From Macrostomum lignano (lineage: Eukaryota), in the NCBI GenBank assembly GCA_002269645.1, contig NIVC01000319.1:62001-126000 (forward strand): a DNA stretch of 64,000 bases, read 5' to 3'. How positions within the stretch are numbered: the first letter of the stretch is position 1; every line of letters begins with the position of its first letter. This document shows, in pieces, positions 51,570-64,000 of this stretch. The notes under the pieces were generated by a model that worked only from the letters and a program-made list of their open reading frames with translations, made no database searches and had not been told where the DNA came from. A program made the translations under genes and the position numbers.

Positions 51570-52192
51570 ATCAAACGCCACTCTCAGCAATCACAACGCC
51601 ACTCTCAGCAAACACAACGCCACTCCCAGCAAACACAACGCCACTCCCAGCAAACACAACGCCACTCCCAGCAAACACAACGCCACTCCCAGCAAACACA
51701 ACGCCACTCCCAGCAAACACAACGCCACTCCCAGCAAACACAACGCCACTCTCAGCAAACACAACGCCACTCCCAGCAAACACAACGCCACTCCCAGCAA
51801 ACACAACGCCACTCCCAGCAATTACAACGCCACTCTCAGCAAACACAACGCCACTCCCAGCAAACACAACGCCACTCCCAGCAATTACAACGCCACTCTT
51901 AGCAAACACAACGCCACTCCCAGCAAACACAACGCCACTCCCAGAAAACACAACGCCACTCACAGCAGACACAACGCCATTCACAGCAGACACAACGCCA
52001 TTCACAGCAGACACAACGCCATTCACAGCAGACACAACGCCATTCACAGCAGACACAACGCCATTCACAGCAGACACAACGCCATTCACAGCAGACACAA
52101 CGCCATTCACAGCAGACACAACGCCATTCACAGCAGACACAACGCCACTCCCAGAAAACACAACGCCACTCACAGCAGACACAACGCCACTC
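51570..52192. repeat. Minisatellite, 21-bp unit agcaaacacaacgccactccc
   Basis: Direct; abuts and is related to the preceding array. Confidence 0.96.
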
Positions 52193-52829
52193 TACCCCGG
52201 CCAAGAGTGGCGCCAATCCCGTGAATCATGGTGCTCATTATATTGTAATTCTCAAAGCCGCTTTGCACCTCAAGTTAGCTAGAGAATCGGGCAGTCTGAA
52301 CGCTCTCGATCCGCGCGCAAAAAAACTTCGTGCCAAACGAAACGAACGCTGCGGGAACATTGCGGTTGAATAATCAGGTTGTCAGGATTCCATTGCGGAT
52401 GGGGGCAAACTCCCATGCACCATCCCCCTCATATGCCAGCGCCATCATGGGAACTGCGCGACTGCTGGGGTAAGCTGGCAGGGGATGGCAAACCACCTGG
52501 CCATAGATGCAGCTGCAAGCTGACTGTCAGGAGCCACTGCGGCTTGGCAAACTGCCGCGCGCACTGCCGCCCGTGCGCCTGGGAGAGGCTGTGAGGGGCG
52601 GGGCAGCAACAGCGAGCTAATCATCAATCACTGGCTGGGACCCGAGAGAGTGGGGGTTTGGCAGGGGGTGAAGCCGCCCCCAGCAAGATGGAGTGGCCCA
52701 TTTTTGCTGGAATAATAGAGACAACACAGAATGCTGGGAGATTGTCGGGTGGGATTTTAGGTGTGGCTTGGATACCGCGAATTAGAATGCTAATAATGAC
52801 TGCCTTGAAGTAATTGGCTCATTGTGCCC

Positions 52830-53390
52830 AGATGGCGCACCTTGCGGACTCCTTGATGGCACACCTTACAGACTCCTGATGGCGCACCTTACAGACTCCT
52901 TGACGGCAAACCTTAGACTCCTGATGGAACACCTCACAGGCTCCTGATGGCGAACCTTGCAGACTCCTTGATAACGCAAATTGCAGACTCCTTGATGGCG
53001 CACCCTACAGACTCCTTGATGGCGAACCTTGCAGACTCCTTGATAACGCAAATTGCAGACTCCTTGATGGCGCACCCTACAGACTCCTTGATGGCGCACC
53101 TTGCAGACTCCCGATGGCGAACCTTGCAGACTCCTTGATAACGCAAATTGCAGACTCCTTGATGGCGCAACTTACAGACTCCTTGATGGCAAACCTTGCA
53201 GACTCCTGATGGCGCACCTTACAGACTCCTTGATGGCGCACCTTACAGACTCCTTGATGGCGCACCTTACAGACTCCTTGATGGCAAACCTTGCAGACTC
53301 CTGATGGCGCACCTTACAGACTCCTTGATGGCGCACCTTACAGACTCCTGATGGCGCATCTCATAGATTCCTGATGGTGCACCTCATGAA
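52830..53390. repeat. Minisatellite, 23-24-bp unit gatggcgcaccttacagactcct(t)
   Basis: Direct; upstream of Tbx1. Confidence 0.93.
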
Positions 53391-53925
53391 TGCCTCATAG
53401 ACTCCTCATGACACCAACCGACCTTCGAGTCCGGACTCCCATAGAATATCCCATCCGAACCTCTGAAGGCTCATCCGGAAGTCTTACAGCCAGTAAATAT
53501 TGCCGACTCGGCCCCTGCATGCAACCCGAACCGAAGCGAACGCCCCCACAGCCCAGTAGGTGGTCTCGGCTTGATTCCTCTTCGACTTTCCCCCTGCTTG
53601 TGTTTGACTCTGCAGTGAGAGCGAAAAAAACTCTGCAGGTTGGTCACGCGCGGCTCTGGCCAAACCCGAAAGCATGCCGGGTCCCCGGGGAGTCCCAGGT
53701 ATCCGATAACAATAACAGTTCGGGCTCGGCACCGCCGCTCGCTGTTTACGTTTGAGGGGTAGCTGGCAGCAGATGCGGCAGATGAGAGGCCGGCGGGCTG
53801 CATTGATGATTTATGGAGTCTGTCTGGGTGCCGATGTTGTTAAGAAATTGGTAGACATGTTTCTAAGTTGAAGTAAGTGAGTATGACAGCGCCTGAATGT
53901 GGTGTAGCGCCCTGTGCCTGCGGCC

Positions 53926-54707
<782 letters not shown>

Positions 54708-54710
54708 CAG

Positions 54711-57700
54711 AGCCGGTGCACCACCCCAAGATCGAGCCAGAGTCGGCTGACAGCATCGCTAGCAGATCTGTGACGGCAGCCAAAGCCGCCTAAACTACCG
54801 AGTTCCTTCAGCAGCAGCAGCAGCAGCTCAGGGAGCTCCAGCTGCTCAATCCTTACGTCGCTCAAATTGAGTGCCGCCTGGAGAACAGCAACCTGTGGGA
54901 GAAATTCGACAATCTCGGCACAGAGATGATCGTCACCCGGGCTGGCAGGTACTGGCCTCGGTCTGTAGCCTCTCTCTGAGTCTGCTAGCCCCTCTCTGAG
55001 TCTGTTAGCCTCTCCCTGAGTCTGTTAGCCTCTCTCCCAGTGTCTGTTAGCCTCTCTCTGAGTCTGCTAGCCCCTCTCTGAGTCTGTTAGCCTCTCCCTG
55101 AGTCTGTTAGCCTCTCCCTGAGTCTGTTAGCCTCTCTCCCAGTGTCTGTTAGCCTCTCTCCCAGTGTCTGTTAGCCTCTCTCCCAGTGTCTGTTAGCCTC
55201 TCTCCCCGAGTCTGTTAGCCTCTCCCTGAGGCTGTTAGCCTCTCTCCCAGTGTCTGTTAGCCTCTCTCTGAGTCTGCTAGCCCCTCTCTGAGTCTGTTAG
55301 CCTCTCCCTGAGTCTGTTAGCCTCTCCCTGAGTCTGTTAGCCTCTCTCCCAGTGTCTGTTAGCCTCTCTCCCAGTGTCTGTTAGCCTCTCTCCCAGTGTC
55401 TGTTAGCCTCTCTCCCCGAGTCTGTTAGCCTCTCCCTGAGTCTGTTAGCCTCTCTTAGCCCCTTTCCCTGAGTCTGTTAGCCTCTCTCCCTGAGTCTGTT
55501 AGCCTCTCTCCCTTAGGCTGTTAGCCACTCTCCCTGAGTCTGTTAGCCTCTCTCCCTGAGTCTGTTAGCCTCTCTCCCTTAGGCTGTTAGCCTCTCTCCC
55601 TGAGTCTGTTAACCTCTCTCCCTGAGTCTGTTAGCCTCTCTCCCAGAGTCTGTTAGCCTCTCTCCCTGAGTCTGTTAGCCTCTCTCCCTGAGTCTGTTAG
55701 CCTCTCTCCCTGAGTCTGTTAGCCTCTCTCCCTTATGCTGTTAGCCTCTCTCCCTGAGTCTGTTAGCCTCTCTCCCCGAGTCTGTTAGCCTCTCTCCCTT
55801 AGGCTGTTAGCCTCTCTCCCTGAGTCTGTTAACCTCTCTCCCTGAGTCTGTTAGCCTCTCTCCCTGAGTCTGTTAGCCTCTCTCCCTGAGTCTGTTAGCC
55901 TCTCTCCCTGAGTCTGTTAGCCTCTCTCCCTGAGTCTGTTAGCCTCTCTCCCTTATGCTGTTAGCCTCTCTCCCTGAGTCTGTTAGCCTCTCTCCCTGAG
56001 TCTGTTAGCCTCTCTCCCTTATGCTGTTAGCCTCTCTCCCTGAGTCAGTTAGCATCTTACATAGAGCAGGTTGACATCCCTCTCAGACTCAATATCAGTG
56101 CATTTTAACGAAAACTTTCTAAGAAGCGCATCCCCACGCCGCAGGCGGATTTTCCCCACATTCCAGGTGCGCCTGTCCGGCCTGGACCCCGATGCCAGCT
56201 TCATGCTAATGCTGGACTTTGCACCCTGCGACGACAAACGCTATCGGTACAGCTTCCACACCTCCAGCTGGATCGTGGCTGGTGAGCCCCGAATTCCTGG
56301 GGGGGGGGGGCACCCACCGAGTCCTGACAGGCTGCTACCCCAAGCTCGGTCTATCGAATATCAATCACTCCTAAAGCGCGGAACGGCGCGCTCATGTAGC
56401 GATTCGAAACTCGCTGAAGAGAATCGCAGCGAGCGGCGGTCCTGTTGCGGACTGTCAGTCAGTCAGTTAAAGCAGCAATGCAGAAGCAGTAGAAGTAGCA
56501 GCAGCAACAGCATTGTTGCCTCCGCGTGGGAAACGCTCTGACTTTCAAGGGGTTTTGTATCGAACATTTCTTGCCCGAACCGGGGTAGCTGTGAGAGCGC
56601 GCATGATTCAACTTTGAAACTGCGATCGACTTTGCTTGTGTCTGTTAGGAAGGATTATGAGGCCTGCGGAGGCTGCAATGAGTTACTGATTAGCTTTGGA
56701 GTTGACTCTGATAGGTTCTCCGTGCTCTGTTCTGCGGAATGTCTCTGCTAAGTATAGTTCTACCTTTTTGCATGTTTTTACTGTCACCTTTGGAATTTCA
56801 CTCACTACAGACCCTTCATTCTCTCTACAGACCCTTCATTCTCTCTACAGACCCTTCATTCTCCCTACAGACCCTTCATTCTCTCTACAGACCCTTCATT
56901 CTTCATACAGACCCTTCATTCTCTCTACAGACCCTTCATTCTCTCTACAGACCCTTCACTCTCTCTACAGACCCTTCATTCTCTCTACAGACCCTTCATT
57001 CTCCCTACAGACCCTTCATTCTCTCTACAGACCCTTCATTCTTCATACAGACCCTTCATTCTCTCTACAGACCCTTCATTCTCTCTACAGACCCTTCATT
57101 CTCCATACAGACCCTTCATTCTCCATACAGACCCTTCATTCTCCGTACAGACCCTTCATTCTCCCTACAGACCCTTCATTCTCTCTACAGACCCTTCATT
57201 CTCCCTACAGACCCTTCATTCTCTCTACAGACCCTTCATTCTCCCTACAGACCCTTCATTCTCCATACAGACCCTTCATTCTCCGTACAGACCCTTCATT
57301 CTCCATACAGATCCTTCACTCGCCCTAGACACCCTTTTTCCTTACTGAACCTTCATTATTCCTACAAGCTTTTCATCCTTCTAACAGACCCTTCCTCCTT
57401 TTTACAGACCCTTCATCCTCCTTACAAGCCCTTCATCCTTCTCGTAGATCCTTCATACTCCCTACAGACCCTTCCCGTTACCTACTTTACCCTCGCAAGG
57501 GCCATACCCTCCTAAACACAGTCACTCAGAGCCACTTGCCCCACTTCCCAGCTCACCAGCCACCCCCACCACCGCACTGCAGGCAAGAGCGACCCGCAAG
57601 AGCCGGGCAGGGTGCACGTGCACCAGGACAGCCCCGCCAGGGCGCCCACTGGATGAAGCAGGTGGTGTCGTTCGACAAGCTGAAGCTCACCAACTACAAC

Positions 57701-60106
57701 ATGGACAGGAACGGGCATGTAAGAGGGTTTGCTGGAGTCAAAGTGTCCCTGGCTACTATGAGTAGAGAGCATAGCCTTCCGAAAGAGTAATTCTTGTTTG
57801 TCTCTGCTGCCTCTCATGTTCCTTCCTTGTGTCTCTGGTGTCTCTCATGTTCCTTCCTTGTGTCTCTGCTGCCTCTCATGTTCCTCCATTGTGTCTCTGG
57901 TGTCTCTCATGTTCCTTTATTGTGTCTCTGGTGTCTCCCCTGCTCCTTCTCCTTCGCTTCTTAAAAGCCTGTGTGACCAACAATGGAACCCTGCAACCAA
58001 CCAACGCAGATAATTCTGAACTCGATGCACCGCTACCAACCCCGCTTTCACGTGGTGCACCTGCCGGACAAACAGCTGCCCGCTGGCCGCGGCGGCGGCG
58101 GACTGCAGCCGCCAGCCTCTGGCGACGACCTGAACGGGCACTCGGACAGCATCCGCACCTTCGTGTTCCCGGAGACCAAGTTCTATGCAGTGACGGCCTA
58201 TCAGAACCAGCGGGTGGGCAGCTAAATGATCATTGATTTCTTTTGCTTTGATCCCCATCTCCTGATCTCAAATCTGAATGATCCCAACCCAGAATCTGAA
58301 TAATCCCGATCCAGAATCTGAATGATCCCAACCCAGAATCTGAATAATCCCGATCCAGAATCTGAATGATCCCGATCCAGAATTTGAATGATCCCAACCC
58401 AGAATCTGAATAATCCCGATCCAGAATCTGAAAGATCCCGATCCAGAATCTGATGATCCCAACCCAGAATCTGAATAATCCCGATCCAGAATCTGAATGA
58501 TCCCAACCCAGAATCTGAATAATCCCGATCCAGAATCTGAATGATCCCGATCCAGAATTTGAATGATTTCAATCCAGATTCTGAAAGATCCCGACCCAGA
58601 ATCTGAATGATCCCAACCCAGAATCTGAAAGATCCCGATCCAGAATCTGAATGATCCCGATCCAGAATCTGAAAGATCCCAACCCAGAATCTGAAAGATC
58701 CCGATCCAGAATCTGAAAGATCCCGATCCAGAATCTGAAAGATCCCAACCCAGAATCTGAATGATCCCGATCCAGATTCTGAAAGATCCCGATCCAGATT
58801 CTGAAAGGTCTCGATATCAAATCTGAATGATCCGGATGCAGAATCTGAAGGATTGCAATTCTTAATTTTAACCATAACCATATTTGGTCTACGCTGAGCA
58901 CTTTCTGAAGGGCAAAAAATTTATTAATTTTTTCAGATCACGCAACTCAAAATAGCCAGCAACCCGTTTGCCAAGGGCTTCAGGGACTGCGACACGGACG
59001 ACTGGTGAGCTGGATCCCAGGGTCCAATTCTGAAGCCCCTGATTCACTTCTGGTATCTCTGAATTCACTCAGTGATGGTAGTTGTTAAATTAATTTGTCA
59101 ATCGCTGAAACCCTGAAGCCAAGCGTCAATCCCTGAGGCCATTAGACAATCCCCGAAGCCATTAGTCAATCCCTGAAGCCATCAGTCAATCACTGAGGCC
59201 ATTAGTCAATCCCTGAAGCCACTCGTCTCCACCCTGCAGCACCGCCCAGCTGCTCAACCAATTTAGTCCGCCTGCGAGGCTCAACGGCCGCGGCCCGCCT
59301 TCGACGCCGGGGTCCTTCCTGCCCGCTGTCAGCCCAGGTGACTTCACAACCGCAGCTGCTCGTCGAAGAGGCCTGAAGCCGGCGGCCGACTGCCTGTCGC
59401 TGGCAGGTGAGTTTAATGAACGTATGAACGTGTAAACTTGTGAACGTGTGAACGTGTGAACGTGTGAACGTGTGAACGTGTGAACGTGTGAACGTGTGAA
59501 CCCGTGAACGTGTGAACCCGTGAACGTGTGAACGTGTAAACCCGTGAACGTGTGAACTTGTGAACATTTTAGGTAAAATTCTTTATAATTGAAACGTTTT
59601 TCCTAACATATCTATTAAAAGTAGGCAGTAAAGTAAGTTTCACAGAAAATCATTAACCAAATTTTGCAGGAAGTTTCTCCAGTCTGCAACAACAACAACA
59701 GCAGCAGCAGCAGCCGCCGCCGCCGCCAGCATCGGCAGCGGAGATGGCCTACTACTGCAACGGGCTGTACTTGCAGCAGCCGTCAGACCGAATTCCTCAT
59801 TCCTTCAGCTATGAATCTTCCTTGTCGTTTGAGCAGCAGCAGCAGCGGCAGCAGTGCAGTCAGGACGTGTCAGAGATGTACTACCCGGAGCAGCCTGAGT
59901 GCCAGCCGGCTCTGATGGACAGGTACTATCAGGCCCAGAAATCGGCTCTGCAGACTCGGGGCCCGAGCGTCTGTCACTACAGACCAGCTGCCCTGCTGTC
60001 GCAGCCGCAGCAGCTGCCGCTGTACTCCTGCGAATTCCAGGAGACGCCGGAGTCCACCGGCCCGTTTTATCATTCGACGAGCTGCGACACTGAGCTGCAG
60101 AAGTAG
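54711..60106 (+). CDS. TBX1: T-box transcription factor, Tbx1/10 (Org-1) subfamily
   Basis: Exons 54711-54769, 54812-54948, 56145-56281, 57583-57718, 58010-58213, 58937-59004, 59240-59406, 59670-60106. [100 protein letters not shown] are Tbx1-diagnostic. The first coding exon upstream of the TATC intron is unresolved (ATG at 53883 is possible). There is an apparent 1-nt deletion at about 57640. Confidence 0.92.
54960..56045. repeat. Intronic minisatellite, about 22-bp unit gtctgttagcctctctccctga
   Basis: Tbx1 intron 54949-56144. Confidence 0.96.
56805..57320. repeat. Intronic minisatellite, 20-bp unit tacagacccttcattctctc
   Basis: Tbx1 intron 56282-57582. Confidence 0.96.
57795..57940. repeat. 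Short intronic minisatellite, about 32-bp unit gtgtctctggtgtctctcatgttcc..
   Basis: Tbx1 intron 57719-58009; about 4 copies. Confidence 0.8.
58270..58830. repeat. Intronic minisatellite, 22-bp unit cagaatctgaatgatccc(g/a)a(t/c)c
   Basis: Tbx1 intron 58214-58936. Confidence 0.95.
59110..59220. repeat. Short intronic minisatellite, 20-bp unit attagtcaatccctgaagcc
   Basis: Tbx1 intron 59005-59239. Confidence 0.85.
59418..59565. repeat. Intronic (GTGAACGT)n 8-bp repeat
   Basis: Tbx1 intron 59407-59669. Confidence 0.95.
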
Positions 60107-60297
60107 AACTTGAGAGTTTCATAAAGCACCTGTCCTAATGAGCTTTTTATTGCTTTGAAATTTGTTTATTAACAGTGCAAATTCACTCAATAAAATCAGA
60201 TTCGCCATGCAATAGATTAAAATACAATAATTATTGCATAGCAACGCGCTTCATCTTCTTAAACTCATTTGCTGCTAATCTACAGTCTGTCCTTCCG

Positions 60298-61575
60298 GCA
60301 TGTCAAACTGATTTGTCTCTGCAGGACAAACATGTCAAACTGATGTCTCTGCGGGACAAACATGTCAAACTGATTTGTCTCTGCAGGACAAACATGTCAA
60401 ACTGATTTGTCTCTGCAGGACAAACATGTCAAACTGATTTGTCTCTGCAGGTCAAACATGTCAAACTGATTTGTCTCTGCAGGACAAACATGTCAAACTG
60501 GTGTCTCTGCGGGACAAACATGTCAAACTAATTTGTCTCTGCAGGACAAACATGTCAAACTGGTGTCTCTGCGGGACAAACATGTCAAACTGATTTGTCT
60601 CTGCAGGACAAACATGTCAAACTGATGTCTCTGCGGGACAAACATGTCAAACTGATTTGTCTCTGCAGGACAAACATGTCAAACTGATTTGTCTCTGCAG
60701 GACAAACATGTCAAACTGGTGTCTCTGCAGGACAAACGTCAAACTGGTGTCTCTGCAGGACAAACATGTCAAACTGATTTGTCTTAGCAGGACAGACATG
60801 TCAAACTAATTTGTCTCTGCAGGACAAACACGTCAAACTGGTTTGTCTCTGCAGGACAAACATGTCAAACTGATTTGTCTCTGCAGGACAAACATGTCAA
60901 ACTGATTTGTCTCTGCAGGACAGACATGTCAAACTGATTTGTCTCTGCAGGACAAACATGTCAAACTGATTTGTTTCTGCAGGACAAACATGTCAAACTG
61001 GTGTCTCTGCAGGACAAACATGTCAAACTGATTTGTCTGTGCAGGACAAACATGTCAAACTGATTTGTTTCTGCAGGACAAACATGTCAAACTGGTGTCT
61101 CTGGTGTCAAACTGATTTGTCTTAGCAGGACAGACATGTCAAACTGATTTGTCTCTGCAGGACAAACATGTCAAACTGATTTGTCTTAGCAGGACAGACA
61201 TGTCAAACTGATTTGTCTCTGCAGGACAAACATGTCAAACTGATTTGTCTTAGCAGGACAGACATGTCAAACTGATTTGTTTCTGCAGGACAAACATGTC
61301 AAACTGGTGTCTCTGCAGGACAAACATGTCAAACTGATTTGTCTCTGAAGGACAAACATGTCAAACTGGTGTCTCTGCAGGACAAACATGTCAAACTGGT
61401 GTCTCTGCAGGACAAACATGTCAAACTGGTGTCTCTGCAGGACAAACATGTCAAACTGATTTGTCTCTGAAGGACAAACATGTCAAACTGGTGTCTCTGC
61501 AGGACAAACATGTCAAACTGATTTGTCTCTGAAGGACAAACATGTCAAACTGGTGTCTCTGCAGGACAAACATGT
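60298..61575. repeat. Minisatellite, 32-bp unit catgtcaaactgatttgtctctgcaggacaaa
   Basis: Between the Tbx1 stop and the BtpA-like start. Confidence 0.97.
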
Positions 61576-61934
61576 CAAACTGGTGTCTCTGCAGGACAAA
61601 AATATCAGACGCCTATTTCAGCATTTCAAACCCAATCACAATCAAGGTCTAAATGCATAATAACTCATTCACAAACTTTGATACCTTGCCCTCCAAGGTG
61701 TGCACAGCGTGAAGCCCAATTAAGCTATTAAGTTTGCCTGTGAAATTGAGGGGGTCAAAGGAGTGGCAGGCTCGCAGATACGCACTCCTCCACGAGTGTA
61801 CGCTGGATGCACGTGCACACTTCTGGAGAGCGGCAGCAAGTTTAGTCACCAAAAATCTTATCGTGATTTCCTGTGCACTGCAGTGAACGCTATAACTACA
61901 ACTGGGCGCACACCTCGGACTCCAGTGAAACAGC

Positions 61935-63034
61935 ATGGCTGCGGGAGCGAACCGGCTGCAGGCTCTGCTCAGCCAGGGCGTCAAGCCCATCATCGGCATG
62001 GTGCACATGCGACCTACCCTGGCCTCGCATCGGTACAGGGACCCGCATTCTAGGCTGGTTGAGGAGGCCGTGCAGGAGGCGGTGAGCTCTGCTGTTGCTG
62101 GGTGACCTGTAGATCAATTTTTTTAGAGTGAGGGGGTGACAGAGTGAGGGGGTGACAGAGTGAGGGGGTGACAGAGTGAGGGGGTGACAGAGTGACGGGG
62201 TGACCGAGTGACGGGGTGACAGAGTGACGGGGTGACAGAGTGACGGGGTGACAGAGTGACGGGGTGACAGAGTGAAGGGGTAAAATCATCGATTTTAAGG
62301 ATCCTGAGAACAACAAAGTCGCTCCTGCCCCCACGCAGGTCACTCTGGTCAGTCGCGGAGTTCACTCGGTGCTCATCGAGAACATGCATGACGTACCCTA
62401 CCAGCGTGCCGAAGAGGCCGGGCCCGAGCTAAGCGTTTCTATGACAACTGTTGCCATGGAGACCAGGCGACGCCTGCCCGACACGCCGCTTGGCGTGCAG
62501 ATTCTCTCCGGCTGCAACCGGGCCGCGCTGGCCGTTGCCAAGGCAACCGATCTGGACTTTGTGCGCGCCGAGGGCTTCGTGTTCGCCCACATTGGCGACG
62601 AAGGCCTGACGCAGTCCTGCGCGGCCGACCTCCTGCGCTACCGGAGGCAGCTGTTCGCCTCATCAGTCTGGCTGCTGGCCGACGTCAAGAAGAAGCACTC
62701 GTCTCATGCCATCACAGCCGATACGGACCTGGCCGAGACCTGCCGGGCGGCCAAATTCTTCTTGACCGACGCTCTGGTTGTCACCGGCCGCGCCACCGGC
62801 TGTCCGACGGTGCCAGCCGACGTGGCCGAAGCCGCAGCCGCCGGCCAGCCGCTGCCGGTGTTTGTCGGGAGCGGCGCCAGCGCCAGCGACTTGGCCGGCC
62901 TGTGGACAGCAGCTGACGGCTTCATCGTCGGCTCAGCGTTGAAAGCCGGCGGCCGATGGGAGAACGCGGTGGAGCCGAGGCGGGTGGACGAGCTGGTGCG
63001 GGAGCACTCGAGGCTGGCTGCTAGCGGCCTCTGA
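61935..63034 (+). CDS. BtpA/SgcQ family protein (TIM-barrel, uncharacterised)
   Basis: Exons 61935-62081 and 62339-63034 join in phase 0. KPIIGMVHM, LIENMHDVPY, LGVQIL, FVRAEGFVFAHIGDEG, ADVKKKHSSHAIT, LVVTGRATG, VFVGSG, GFIVGSALK are BtpA-family motifs. Confidence 0.88.
62128..62278. repeat. Intronic minisatellite, 16-bp unit gggtgacagagtga(c/g)g
   Basis: BtpA-like intron. Confidence 0.93.
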
Positions 63035-63054
63035 AACTTTTGTTCTTGCGGGAA

Positions 63055-63615
63055 GTGACAATTGACTTCCAGTGACATTTGAGTGTCAGTGACAATCGAC
63101 TGCCAGTGACAATTGACTTCCAGTGACAATTGACTGTCAGTGACAATTGACTTCCAGTGACATTTGACTGTCAGTGACAATTGACTGCCAGTGACATTTG
63201 AGTGTCAGTGACAATCGACTGCCAGTGACAATTGACTGCCAGTGACAATTGACTGCCAGTGACATTTGAGTGTCAGTGACAATCGACTGCCAGTGACAAT
63301 TGACTTCCAGTGACAATTGACTTCCAGTGACAATTGACTGTCAGTGACAATTGACTGCCAGTGACATTTGAGTGTCAGTGACAATCGACTGCCAGTGACA
63401 ATTGACTTCCAGTGACAATTGACTGCCAGTGACAATTGAGTGTCAGTGACAATCGACTGCCAGTGACAATTGACTTCCAGTGACATTTGAGTGTCAGTGA
63501 CAATTGACTTCCAGTGACAATTGACTGCCAGTGACAATTGACTTCCAGTGACATTTGAGTGTCAGTGACAATTGACTGTCAGTGACAATTGACTGCCAGT
63601 GACAATTGACTGTCA
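63055..63615. repeat. Minisatellite, 17-18-bp unit agtgacaattgact(g/t)cc
   Basis: Starts about 20 nt after the BtpA-like stop; contains the caattg palindrome. Confidence 0.95.
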
Positions 63616-64000
63616 GTTTACAAAATTTGTATCTTATCAGTGCACATTTTATTTTCGCCTTGAAAATAAATTGTGCATGCACTGCAGAACGCGACTGCTA
63701 CGTCACTGCTACAACCGTAACTTTTTAGTGGTCCTTGGCCAGCGTTTCTCTTACACACTCAAGCACGGGGCTCGTACCAGCGCAAGGCGAAACTTGTGAA
63801 ATCGTCTCGTTTTGTCTTTACAAAAAAGCAGACATTGCTTCTATTTTTTAACGAAAATTAGCAAAAAACTCGAATGTCGGCGCGGTCCATGGGCGAAACT
63901 CGAACCCGCCTCCGAATTTGGAAGGAGACAAAGGGATTAGCAAAAAAACGGGCGACAAAAAATCAAGAAAGAAATTCGACAAGCAGCTTCCGGCCTCCTG

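Noticed and set aside
51514-52224. (KHNATPS)n ORF as a secreted N-glycosylated or antifreeze-like protein
   Set aside because: No signal peptide, splice context or unique domain; a 21-bp period keeps frames open on both strands.
54791-54793. Stop-codon readthrough or a variant genetic code in Tbx1
   Set aside because: A 42-nt GT-AG intron removes the TAA in frame, TAA terminates GTPBP6 normally, and the context is not a known readthrough motif.
61649-62008. 119-aa minus-strand ORF upstream of and overlapping the BtpA-like start
   Set aside because: No recognisable motif and no upstream exon identifiable in the window.

Overview
This is eukaryotic (animal) genomic DNA, not prokaryotic. The mix of very GC/CpG-rich, polyQ/polyA-rich exons with minisatellite-filled introns suggests a flatworm such as Macrostomum; that assignment is inference only. 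I can reconstruct nine spliced genes: GABP-beta-like ankyrin protein (+), GTPBP6/HflX GTPase (+), SCFD2 (-), HINFP (-), seipin (-), an SLC25A22-like carrier (-), an ABHD6-like hydrolase (+), Tbx1/Org-1 (+) and a BtpA/SgcQ-family protein (+). Mobile DNA comprises a full-length intact LOA/R1-type non-LTR retrotransposon with a 16-bp TSD (2015-7822), a truncated RTE-like LINE, two tRNA-derived SINE families and hAT-type MITEs. About 37 tandem arrays are present, nearly all with a unit private to the locus. Two patterns stand out. (1) Every reconstructed intron longer than about 200 nt (22 of 28 introns) carries its own minisatellite, often built from splice-signal-like sequence. (2) The AT-rich upstream blocks are CpG-free, and their transposon copies show strongly directional C>T/G>A change at both CpG and CpA, a RIP-like or methylation-driven signature. 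No rRNA, true tRNA gene or CRISPR array was found. Most long ORFs in the track are repeat artefacts. Exon boundaries were inferred by eye from GT-AG sites and protein-family similarity recalled from memory; no searches were run.
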